DNA from: Antedon mediterranea
Taxonomy: Eukaryota > Animalia > Echinodermata
NCBI RefSeq assembly: GCF_964355755.1
Contig: NC_092679.1
Span: 22,055,432 to 22,119,431, forward strand
DNA: 64,000 nt
Reading direction: 5' to 3'
The notes below the pieces were generated by a model. The model did no database searches, was not told where the DNA came from, and worked only from the letters and a program-made list of their open reading frames with translations. This document shows, piece after piece, positions 41,201 through 50,350 of this stretch; positions within the stretch are counted from its first letter, which is position 1, and each line of letters starts with the position of its first letter. The position numbers were made by a program, and so were the translations under genes.

Positions 41201-44200
41201 GTAGTTTGACATAATGTTAATTTACCTATGGAAAGTACTACTGTATGAAAATATTTGTCCTTTGTATACAGAACCTACAGTACTGTATCTCAGCATACAG
41301 CAACATCTTTCTCGTATAGTAGTACTAAACATCTCTTTCAACTATAATGTGTACAGAATATTGATTATTGTACAATTACTCCATAAAACATTTATCGTCG
41401 TCAGTAAACTTTGATTGGTTATTTTTAGACTATTTGCCATGGCGGTTACCCCTTCCCACTCAATGAATAGACTGTAGTAAGGTTGTGGTAAGAGCTACTG
41501 AATGAAACTTTTTAAATTTCCTAAAAGAAATATTTTTTTTCCATTTGTCTTTTAAAGAGCATTGGCCACAGTAGGAAGTTAAGTATATAATTATTAAACT
41601 ATTTATTACAAAGGTTATAAATACCAATTATTGTTGTGACCTAGAAAATTAACCTCCTTTGATGCTAGTCAATTGATAATGTAAACAAAAGAAAATTGCT
41701 GGTTATCTATTGTAAAGATTGAGGTAAAAATTACTTTTATTATACTGTACATGTATATTTCAAAAGGGTGACCCGGTTTATAGCGTGAAAAAACTTATTT
41801 TATGGGTCCCTCAACAAGACAGGACAAAACAAAGAATTAATAATATAATCTCTAATAATAACTAAAGTATACTGTAGCCTGCACTGTACGGTAGTAGAGT
41901 ATTTTAACGTTATCGGCAAACGATCTATGGGCCTGTTTCTATAGAGCAGAGAATACGGTTTTGAATACCGTTCTTTTCAAGAACCGTTTTTTCTTGCCAG
42001 CAGAAATGGGTCCCCACAAAAAACCACAAAAAAGAACCGATCTTAAAAACGGTTTCAAAAACCCCAATTGATTGCGGTCTCGATCGCAAAGAACCGTTCT
42101 GAAACCGGTTTCCGCGGAGCAATTTTTAGCTGCAACACAATCGCGGTCTCAATTTGACCCCAAAAACTGAACTCTGCAGTCTGCTGCACTGGGATGATTG
42201 CGGTCAACTCGCAGTCAAACTCGCGCGATAGGACCTAGGCCTAAGTCATTTTTATTTCTCTAGATAGTGAGTATTTTATTTAACTAAAAAATGTTGACCG
42301 ATGCTATTACGAGGTTCGTAAAAAATATGTGAAGGAAAGAAGATGAGGGGACTTGTCGGGAGTCGGAAGAAAGACTCGCGTATAATAGGCCTACATTTTT
42401 TTAAGAATATTGTAAAGCGTGTGAAAAATAGACGAGTTCAACTTGACAATATCAGAGGGTGCGACGTACCTATACTTTAACCAAGGACCACAATAATGTT
42501 TCAGGTAATAATTCCCCCTTCTATGATGAAATGGATGCTATTTCTTGGGGATCGCGCTATGCGAAAAAAAGTAAACATGACCTCGATCAAATCGCGCTTC
42601 CGCCTAACGAACTGCATTGTGGTGTATATAATGACGTCATTCATAACGAACGCACATGGACGGAACCGGTTTTATTGGAGTAAAAATTGAGCTGCAACGC
42701 GATCTTTATTTATAAACAACAGCCGAAACCGGTTTCCAAAAAACCGTTCTTTTTTTATTTTTCAATAGAAACAGGCCCTATGATGTACCTAGCAGATCTG
42801 TTTTTGTTTAAAAAATGTATTGATATTTCTGATTCTCAATGATTACAAAATACACATTAATGTTCATAATAACACTATACAGTATAATAAGGAAAATTAT
42901 TTAATGTTTATACATTACATATTTTAGTAATAAACTATACTGTATTGCTCACAACAACATTGGTCAGCAGTATACAATACAATGGAAAATACATAGTACA
43001 TTAAATACCACAGCACAAATCTTATTTGTTGTTTAATATGTTAAACAGTAATGTTGATACTATTATATCTCATTAATAGTAGTAGATTGACCATATGGAA
43101 GCAGCCCAATGGTCTTGGGTTGTGTCACAATATGGACAAAACGCCAGTTGTTTATTTACCACTTTCCTAAAATTATCTAACAAAGAAATTATCTTCAGTG
43201 TTGTACTCTCATTATATAAATTGAACAGAGTGCGGAATATAATTCAGTAATTAGAATCTGCTCATAGTGAATACTGTACTACATTTTATTGAAAGCGTGA
43301 CCTATATCTACAAAGTAGGTCACAACAACTCTTATATTTAGTACTGTACCATTGATGTAAAAAAAAAATATGGCTTCGTTTGTACGCCTGCCTGCGTAGG
43401 TAGATCATAGGGCATTGTTTTGCATGTACTGTAGCCTACAATAGTTTTGTAGCCTACATTAATAATTAAAATACAACAGTACTGTAATTATCTACTAAAC
43501 TGTATGTGTCACTGTCAATTGTAGGGTGGATCATAGGGTTAATAAACACCATTGTCACCACCTACAAAATTATAATAAAGAAAATGAATGAATTGTAAAA
43601 TATTAGATTTAATATTTATTTGAGGCAGGACTCTTGAAAACATTATTGTGTTTTGAACTATCACTACTGTAGTACTACTGTACTGCAGCGGCGTAACGCA
43701 AAGGCCTGAGGTCCCTGGTTTAGGAAACCTAAGTGGCCCTCCAAGTTTCAATGTTTTTTCGGCATATTTTAATGCCTGTTTTTTCCTCTGGACATTACTT
43801 ATGGGCCCCGATAAGCGCCGGGGCCCCTGGGTTTAGCTGTTCTGTATTTCAGTAGTTCAATAATACAGTAGAAAGTACTGTAAACACACAAAATGTTTTT
43901 AATTTTTCACCTGTCTCCTTTTATACTCATTAGTTCTGATCTAATCAATATTAATTGGTTTAAAGGAGGTTTGCGCAGTTTAGCAATACCCCTACACACC
44001 AGATTCCAATACTGACAATTGACTGTAAATACCAAAAGATATCAAATTTACAAATTTATCTAAAGATACTATATTTGTATAGAGTACTGTACATTTAGAA
44101 TAATCATATCTTTTCCTTGTTCAATGCACCTGTTCCTAATGAAGAAATGTTCAGTAATTTTTTCCCTTGATGATATGCAAGATGATCTTTCCCTTAGATC

Positions 44201-47200
44201 TTTCATTTTATTCAGATTGTACAGTTGACAATAAATTAGTTCATGATGTTCTGTTACCTCAGCTACCATCCCATGGGCTTACAAACTAACTACCAAACCT
44301 TCATGATCTTCTATAGGTCAAAGCTCATATGTTTTGTGTAGAATTCTTCTTGTAAAATCATGACTTTTCATTTTTGGAATAAAAAATAAAGGGAGACTAG
44401 TGTAAAATAAGATTTTAATGTACAATCCTATCTACTCTACCAGTTTTCTGCAATTATACAGTTTAGTCTCTGTGGAAATCAATACTGTAAATTAATAATA
44501 TTAAAGATTGATCCTACAATAAATTAGTACAAAAAGTCAAATATTACTGTATACAGATATTGACTGCTTAGAGGTTAAATATAAGATTTGACATCCCCGA
44601 GGGAATGATATTATGTTCGAGGGAATATATAATTCCCAAGAGCTTAATATCATTCCCGAGGGGATGTCTAATCTTATATTTTACCAATATAAAAGGCGAT
44701 ATCTGTTATATCACATAGCCAACAACAAGTAGAATATCTGCTGGGTCAGGTAGCTAGTAGTATGTATGTAGTATGTAAACAAGATGCCCAGACACCTTAC
44801 CTTTCGAAGAATAATATACAGATAATTACTACGGTAATTAATGATCCCTTGGCAATGAAATATTCACTAGCCTAGGTCGTTTAAATAATAACAGAAGAGT
44901 TTCCATCAATAAGCCTACATTAATAATAATATTATCAGGTAGGCCTAGGCCTAGGCCAGGCCTAGGCCGAATAAATAATAATTCGTCTTCATACTTCAAG
45001 CCGAATCACCGGATGTTCAGTGCGTCGCGCGCGTACCAGTTACTACTGTGAGTATTAACCAATCACAAACGGTGTTTCATCACATCTAGGGAGGACTAAA
45101 AATAAATGAGGGCGCTATGTATGCATAGTTTAAATAGTTAAGATGATTAATTTCTTCAAGCAAGTTCCGTGGCGCAGCGCATGAAGCGTTGTCTTGTGAT
45201 GGAGTGACAATTTCATCGCGAGTTCAAGACCCAGTAGATGACTTTTGTTTACTTATCGGCAAACGCGAGTGTTGCCACACGAAATTTACACAGTCAATAT
45301 CATCGTACTCGAGAATTTATATGATTAATGACAGAGGACACGATAATTACGCGAAAAATACTCAGTCAATACCATCGTTCTCGAGGATATATACAATTTA
45401 CGATCCTCGCAGCGGTAGTCATGTGATGCAGTTTCAACCAATCACGTTCGTGTATTTACATAGGCTATGTAATATACAGTATTATTGTATTGTACAGTTA
45501 GTTATTTCATTCATTCTCAATATAAAATATAGCTTACTGTTTTAAATGCTTATTAAGGCTTAAAGCCTACAAACAATACCACATTACAAAGTGTTATATT
45601 TTCTTTTCCGATTAGGAGCAAATTAGCAATTTTTTTTTCTTCTGGTAAAACACTGATACACATCCCAAAATATTTAAATAAAGTACAAAATTGTGAAAGC
45701 TCTCCCATTGTTTCACATTGACTTTTGTTGATCAGTAAGAAGTTTGGAGATATGACTTTGATTGTTTGGGGCACCACTGTACATGATTCAATCACTCTTT
45801 TTTATGTTGTTTCAATGGGGTTTGCTATGTTTTTGGAGGTTTGCAGGGTTTAGCAATACCGGATTGTGTGAACTGAAACTACAGGTTCAAAAAATATTTT
45901 TGTCAAGTTTATCTATACAGCTAATTTTCACCTGAGCATTCATCCATTGTATACTTACTATACAGTATAACAACTTAAATTAAATATCAAATTACTTGAA
46001 GTTCTTAAATCTGTATTTTGATCTGGAGAAAATTGAAAGTCTATAAACTTTGTTTGTGTTCTTGAATTACAATAAGGAATGTAAAAAGCATAGATCAGTA
46101 CACAAAGGATTAGGATTCAGTTACAGTTTGCTTACTAATCACAGACACAGACTAAAGACTTTTCAGACAGAATTTGTGACAACATTTCAGTAAAACTAGC
46201 CAACGTTCTTGTCGGTCTATACCAGTAGCCTTTTCCACTAAACTTCTCAATTGACACTGTCCATGATTTCTGATTTTGTTAAACAAAATTATGCATGGAA
46301 CCAATGTTCTATGTGTATGGGGTCATTGTCATCTCTCTAATTATCCAGTTTAAAATATCAACTCGGAGAAAAAAAACTGAACTTGTAGGCCATCTACATT
46401 TACACTATGTGAAGAAACTGTGTGATGAAATCGTGGGGGTAAACCCTCATGTTTGTACTGTACACTGTACCTCCAAATCAAATTATTTAAAGTTTACATT
46501 ATCATTTTCCTCGACCAAGTTGACTAAATTTTGAAGGATTGGGCAAAAATAGTTCAGTTTCAAATCCGGCTCGGTCGTCTACTCGCAAATGTACATCTTC
46601 TGTAAAATCATTACTGTAGGCCTTGAGGTCAACTGTTTCGCCAATCCAAATTGACAATCATGGACATGTATAAATAATAGAAAACATCTGACCAATTCAT
46701 TTAGCTACTGAACAAAAATCTAGTTTAATAAATATGCTTCACAATCACATAATAATATTAATTAACTCTTTGTTGTTGTAGCCTACACTTTAGTAGTACA
46801 AAACAAATTTTTGACAAGATAATTGTGTAGGAAAATGTTTTATCAACTTTTTTTCACTTTAAATATACCACAGACAGTAAAAAAGCACCATCATCATTGA
46901 AAACCATAACCACTTCTTTTTAATATCCTCATTCATTTTAATTTTTAAAACGGATCGACAACAGTACGAAATGTGGTTACGATTATGTTATAGTAAAACT
47001 GAGACAGACCTATTACGTAAACTTCCTACTAGCCTAGTCAGAGATTAACAGTTTGGCCAGTAAAGGCCTTCATTCGGGTCAGCCACACTGCCCATCTGGG
47101 CTAGACCGACCGTGTGCACTGTTGTTGATAAGCCCGAGACACCACCCGACGACTGCTCACAAACACAAACGAAAACAACTCACCGTTTCTTTTCTAAGGG

Positions 47201-47203
47201 CAT
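2089..47203 (-). CDS. Class I bHLH-PAS transcription factor (SIM/NPAS1-3/trachealess/HIF-alpha-like), 5' portion; gene continues beyond the left edge
   Basis: Six phase-compatible GT-AG exons on minus: 47203-47184 (MPLEKKR), 37963-37910 (QRNISGSSDVLTSPSNSR), 23047-22875 (bHLH), 18826-18690 (linker), 17021-16932 and 2257-2089 (PAS-A). Splicing gives one open frame. Exact orthology cannot be assigned by eye. Confidence 0.88.
2532..2742 (+). mobile_element. tRNA-derived SINE
   Basis: TGGCTTGGTGG A box, GGGTTCAAGTCCC B box, ends in AATAAAAAAAAA. Confidence 0.6.
4052..4572. repeat. Minisatellite, 19 bp unit GGGGCAACTCGACGAACAA, about 27 copies
   Basis: Direct reading; explains the four overlapping repetitive ORFs at 3979-4806. 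Confidence 0.97.
6316..6640. repeat. Degenerate tandem repeat
   Basis: Recurrent ACTGTCCCTTTAATTT, ATGCTAATGC and AATAATGTC.CCTGTAGCTTGT blocks. Confidence 0.65.
11079..12941. mobile_element. Non-autonomous Tc1/mariner-type DNA transposon, copy 1 (1863 bp)
   Basis: TIRs CAGTACAGATAA..AAA.TACTGCAACATTTG, TA on both flanks, subterminal CTACGCGTAG palindromes; near-identical inverted copy at 13481-15328. Confidence 0.9.
13254..15739. mobile_element. Kolobok-like non-autonomous element (626 bp host) interrupted by the 1848 bp element
   Basis: TTAA flanks, imperfect TIRs AGACCCCTTCCCT/AGCCCCATTCCCT with purine-purine termini. Length check: 2486-1848-2-5-5 = 626, equal to the intact copy. Confidence 0.82.
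13481..15328. mobile_element. Same element, copy 2 (1848 bp), opposite orientation, inserted into a TTAA element
   Basis: The empty site is visible in the intact host copy (30945-31570) as tgtaggccTAgctggt, versus tgtaggccTA[element]TAgctggt here. This demonstrates a TA duplication. Confidence 0.92.
16032..16152. mobile_element. Tourist/PIF-like short MITE family, representative copy
   Basis: TIR AGCTCTGTCTACACTATCAAA / TTTGATAGTGTAGACAGAGCT with TAA TSD. Other full or partial copies at about 2312-2457, 18912-19065, 23133-23235, 26641-26748, 30820-30938, 60782-60862, 61556-61675, 62533-62689 and 63972-64000. Confidence 0.85.
16932..17021 (-). CDS. bHLH-PAS exon, start of PAS-A (ALNGFVIFISRKGRILFVSESVAKHLGINQ)
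   Basis: TAG acceptor, GTAAGT donor, 90 nt, phase 0-0. Canonical ALDGF...G.ilyvSE.V...LG..Q motif. Absent from the ORF track. Confidence 0.93.
18690..18826 (-). CDS. bHLH-PAS linker exon (EGNALLDELKTKSETRAITAQGEDNDSERLLKSLSGNEEGGALMLE)
   Basis: TAG acceptor, GTAATG donor; 137 nt, phase 1 to 0, open frame that joins the bHLH exon to the ALNGF exon. Confidence 0.85.
20545..21950. mobile_element. Kolobok-like non-autonomous element, about 1.4 kb
   Basis: TTAA-AGTGGAGCT ... AGCTCCACT-TTAA; CpG-rich interior; no coding capacity. Confidence 0.75.
22875..23047 (-). CDS. bHLH domain exon ([58 protein letters not shown])
   Basis: Polypyrimidine tract plus CAG acceptor, GTATGT donor. EKSR..A..RR.KE and LLP....ITS.LDK.SIIRL..SYL are class I bHLH-PAS hallmarks. 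Confidence 0.95.
23439..24916 (+). mobile_element. Helentron/DINE-1-like non-autonomous rolling-circle element
   Basis: 5' subTIR AGGTTATATGCAT followed by its own inverted copy; 3' subTIR ATGCATATAACCT followed by hairpin AATTCGTCA-TAG-TGACGAATT and CTAGTT; no TSD. Confidence 0.75.
28705..30726. mobile_element. Non-autonomous DNA transposon, about 2.0 kb, superfamily uncertain
   Basis: TIR TAGGTATCCCAATG/CATTGGGATACCTA; direct repeat ATTCTAG (7 bp) at 28698-28704 and 30727-30733. Confidence 0.75.
30945..31570. mobile_element. Intact 626 bp Kolobok-like element, inverted relative to the copy at 13254
   Basis: TTAA on both sides; reverse complement matches 13254-13480 plus 15331-15739. Confidence 0.88.
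33804..35676. mobile_element. Academ-like non-autonomous element with long TIRs
   Basis: About 258 bp TIRs (33804-34061 and 35419-35676) starting TAGTCCAGTC; ATA 3-bp TSD. TAG termini with a 3-4 bp TSD are typical of Academ. Confidence 0.8.
35706..36000 (+). mobile_element. tRNA-derived SINE (CORE/V-like body)
   Basis: TGGTGCAGTG A box, GGTTTGAATCC B box, then GTATCCTTGGGTAAAATACTT...CACCCAGGTGTACAAATG. Confidence 0.6.
37127..37530. repeat. About 100 bp direct repeat pair flanking a MITE
   Basis: TCAGTACCTGTTTAGTTCAGGTAAA.AGGAAAACCTAC.GTATACCTGTTTAAGA.TTAGGGATCACCTTAAAT at about 37127 and 37434. Confidence 0.85.
37238..37394. mobile_element. Degraded pogo/Tigger-like MITE
   Basis: TA-CAGTCGACTCTCCGAATACCGGAC ... 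GTCTGGTATTGGGAGATTTGACAG-TA, imperfect TIRs. Confidence 0.6.
37910..37963 (-). CDS. 54-nt symmetric (phase 2-2) N-terminal exon of the bHLH-PAS gene
   Basis: ttattttaCAG acceptor, AAG|GTAAGA donor, open in the required frame. Confidence 0.65.
38030..38516. mobile_element. pogo/Tigger-like MITE (487 bp)
   Basis: TA-CAGTAGAACCT ... AGGTTCTACTG-TA, subterminal CGTAAAA repeats. Confidence 0.78.
38753..39313. repeat. Minisatellite, 20 bp unit GCCTACTGTACATGTCGTGC, about 27 copies
   Basis: Direct reading; explains the ORFs at 38773-39347. Confidence 0.97.
40790..41079 (-). mobile_element. tRNA-derived SINE with a Nin/Deu-like central domain
   Basis: Minus strand A box TGGCCGAGCGG, B box GGTTCGAGGC, core GGATAAGGACTATAAACCGTAGGTCC...TAAAGAACC, A-rich tail; partial copy at about 16497-16655. 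Confidence 0.75.
41929..42778 (+). mobile_element. PIF/Harbinger-like deletion derivative with a Myb/SANT (trihelix) remnant
   Basis: TIR GGGCCTGTTTCTAT/ATAGAAACAGGCCC, TAT 3-bp TSD. Peptide YTLTKDHNNVSGNNSPFYDEMDAI (about 42470-42545) resembles Harbinger Myb-like protein ends. Confidence 0.78.
44563..45476. mobile_element. Unclassified repeat with an internal palindrome
   Basis: Palindrome AATATAAGATTTGACATCCCC...GGGGATGTCTAATCTTATATT (about 44578-44680); inverted pair ATATCACATAGCC (about 44708) and GGCTATGTAATAT (about 45463); CpG-rich. Boundaries approximate. Confidence 0.5.
47184..47203 (-). CDS. Probable first coding exon of the bHLH-PAS gene (MPLEKKR)
   Basis: ATG CCC TTA GAA AAG AAA CG|GTGAGT; phase 2 matches the downstream exons; CpG-containing promoter-like sequence lies just upstream. 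Confidence 0.7.
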
Positions 47204-47640
47204 GATTATATTATAAAATCCAAAAGATATAGACACCAGTAATCAATCAACGTATATTTAATGCAACATTTCAATCCAATTATGTCCATATTACTTAAAA
47301 CTAGGACATAAAACTAAATAAAGTTCTTCCTAAAACACTGTTTTTCACCCACCGCGTCGGCCATTTTCGTCAGATTATTTTATGCAAATATGGGTCAAAA
47401 GTATGAAGCGTGATGACCTCAGTGCCCGATTTACCTACGACGATCTCACTTTTCATGTGGCGTGTGATGACGACATCACCACCCAGTTAGCTCATCAAAT
47501 AAATGACATAACATTTTTCTCCTTTATTTTTCTCTATCAAAAAATCAAGATGAACAGTTACCATGGAGTTACATAGAGAGGTCAAAGTCGGTCATATCCT
47601 GTTACGTACGTTGGTATAACAGCGACCTTAATCCGACTTT
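47204..47640 (-). promoter_or_regulatory. Putative 5' UTR/promoter of the bHLH-PAS gene
   Basis: Local CpG enrichment, CGGCCATTTT (YY1-like), octamer ATGCAAAT at 47382, TGATGAC motifs, AGGTCA half-site. Confidence 0.4.
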
Positions 47641-48779
47641 AGAAACTATTTAGATTGGGATCAAAAAGCAATAACTTTATTAAGTTATTATTTCAATGAT
47701 TGTTAAAAACAATTAAAAAGTAATTAAACGCTTATAACATTTTTAAAATACACTTAAAAACTGGTTGCCTTAGTCTATACGTTTAATGTCTTTTTTGGAC
47801 AACTAAATTATTGTCAAACTTAAAAACTTATTGTATTGAAATGAATATTACATTTTGTAATAAAGGCACTTATGGAATTAGAATTTTAGAAATAGTGATA
47901 TATGTAACAAGAACTGAATTATTTTAGAAATACTTAATAATAGGAGTAACATACAACAATCTGAAAACTTAATCATCATCATCTACCGGTATTGTTTTGA
48001 TTATTATGTCATAATCACCGCGATCAATTATGACATCATTTAATTGATTACTTTTTCAAATACTAATGATGTATTTCAAATTTAGATGATATCTGTTAGC
48101 AATGTAATGATAAAACAATAATAACTTATACATTATTATATAAAAATCTTATAGAAATATTTAATAATAGGCCAATTTTGTAATAATATAACTGACGTAT
48201 TCACTGTACTGTACAAGAAAATTTACGTCAATTATAGAGGGCGATCTTTCTCTAATTGATTTGATGTCTTCTATCTGCTGTAACGCACATTTTAAAGTAA
48301 TCAAATAATTTATATTATTATCAATTATGGTATGATTAACTATTTAAAAAATAGCAATTAACGTATACAATGTTACCTATACTATATATACTTACGCTTG
48401 GTACATTTCTATCTAACGCTGCCGACAATCATTTTGTTTATAATTCAATTAATGATATGTTGTCTCTTTAAACAATTTTTTTTTTCAAATTTGTTGTTGC
48501 CATTTTAATTTCATGTAATAGTTATTCAATATCATAATTTTGACCAAAAACTGGATAAAAAAAAAATGATTTACCTGAAATAATGTAATTGAAAGCAAAA
48601 TATACTTAAATTTAAATTTCAGACAATAGTTTTTGGTTAAAATTAAGCGTTTCGTTTGTCTTGTTATAAGTGAAATATTTTTTTTGTTACAGAAGTGACT
48701 GCAAAATGGCCTATTCAAAGTCTGATTTTATTTTAATTTTTCATGTTTTTGGAGGACAATACATCTTTAATGTATTTAA

Positions 48780-49048
48780 TTTAGCTGATATATCTCATAT
48801 TCTCAACAATAAGTTAGTAGTTACCAGATCTGGAAGATTAACAACAATTCCAGTTAAAAGAAATAGACATAAATTTTCATTCTTACCTAGCGCTATTAGA
48901 CTACACAACAATGTTGTTGTTAGTTTCCAAGTTGATCATGAATGTAAATATTATGTATGTATTGCTTTGTTTGTGTTTTTCTGCCAGGAAAACAATTATC
49001 ATTATACTATGTATGAAATGACTTAATAAATCGAATCTGAATCTGAAT
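48780..49048 (+). mobile_element. 5'-truncated LINE 3' end (Rex1/Babar or L2-like)
   Basis: Peptide TRSGRLTTIPVKRNRHKFSFLPSAIRLHN resembles LINE ORF2 C-termini; followed by AATAAA and a (GAATCT)n tail. Confidence 0.6.
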
Positions 49049-49689
49049 AGCAAGTTTGTAAATTCTTTTTAGAATCACTGGTTACGACGCTTTTGTTTTG
49101 ATGATTCATTTGTATATTGCATGTAAATCAATTAACCAAATTTTATTTGTACCTTGTTAAAATGACAATACATAATATTCTATCTAATATTGACCCTCTT
49201 CAACGGGATAACAACAAATATATGATTTTACACATTATACTGTATCATTATTAAGCTTAAACAATAAATACGATACATTTGGTACGGTCCGTTCACTTTT
49301 ATTTGACTTTTGCATACAAAACAAGGATGACTCACTGTAACCACCTTTTACAAATACCCCGTCTTATTTAAACATATCCACGTGGAAAATATGCAAATTA
49401 AGTCACTGTGCGTCACATAAAAGTCCGCAAGACACAGAAATATGTATGGTTTTACCTTTTATATAAGCATGGAGGTATACATTTATAACTCCATGATTTA
49501 AGTTACATTTGCAAGTTCATTCAAAACTAATATACCTGAGAATATACTATTTTATAATCCTAAGAGGAAAATGAAAATACTGTACCTACTGTAGTTAATT
49601 TTGTTTTGTTTCAGAAAACGTTTATCTCATTAAAATACTGTATTAAGTTTATCCAAGTATTAGGTATATGGAAATAAGATAATAAATAT

Positions 49690-50107
49690 AGCTGTCTATT
49701 ACCCCCGTAGGCGGGTATTTCTGCCAAACCCATCATCCGAGGGCAACTTTTTCCTTTCCAAACATATTTATTTTTCTTACAAAAGGCGCCCTCAATGTTT
49801 AAAGAATCTTCGCGGATTTTGACCAAGTTCGTGGAGAGAAAAGAGCGAAAGGCATTTTTTTTAATTCGGTTCTTAATTTGGTAGATTTTCAAGTACTTTA
49901 ACATTTTTTTTGGTACTTCTAAACTCTTTCTACATTAGCTTTAAATGTCATCGTTTAAATATTTGGCTTGAAGTTATTGATTTTAGTGTCTGCGAGGAAT
50001 TTTCGGTGTAAAACAGCTAGGCCCTACCGTCATTCCCTTCAACCCCCGACTTGTGCAATTTCTTTCAGCTTCCCTGGTGGATATAGTCCCGTAGTGGTGT
50101 TATCAAG
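49690..50107 (+). promoter_or_regulatory. Putative BRF1 promoter and non-coding first exon
   Basis: CpG-containing stretch ending in donor-like CAAG|GTACGC at 50108; acceptor tttttATAG at 50281 upstream of the ATG. Confidence 0.4.
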
Positions 50108-50350
50108 GTACGCCTATTGCTGCTCAAGCAAGGCTTAGCCAAAGATAGGCAATTTAAATACCAAAATCGGCTACACTTTAGCATTACAATAGATTATACA
50201 AATAGTACTTTAGATTGTTTCAACTCTGACCTGTCTGGTTCCATAAAATAAATAAAAAATAATGAATTTCCTTTTTTATAGTGCCAATGACATGTAGTTG
50301 TAGCATTGTTTGTAGTAGGCTAATTGTTTGACAAAAACAATCTTCAAACT

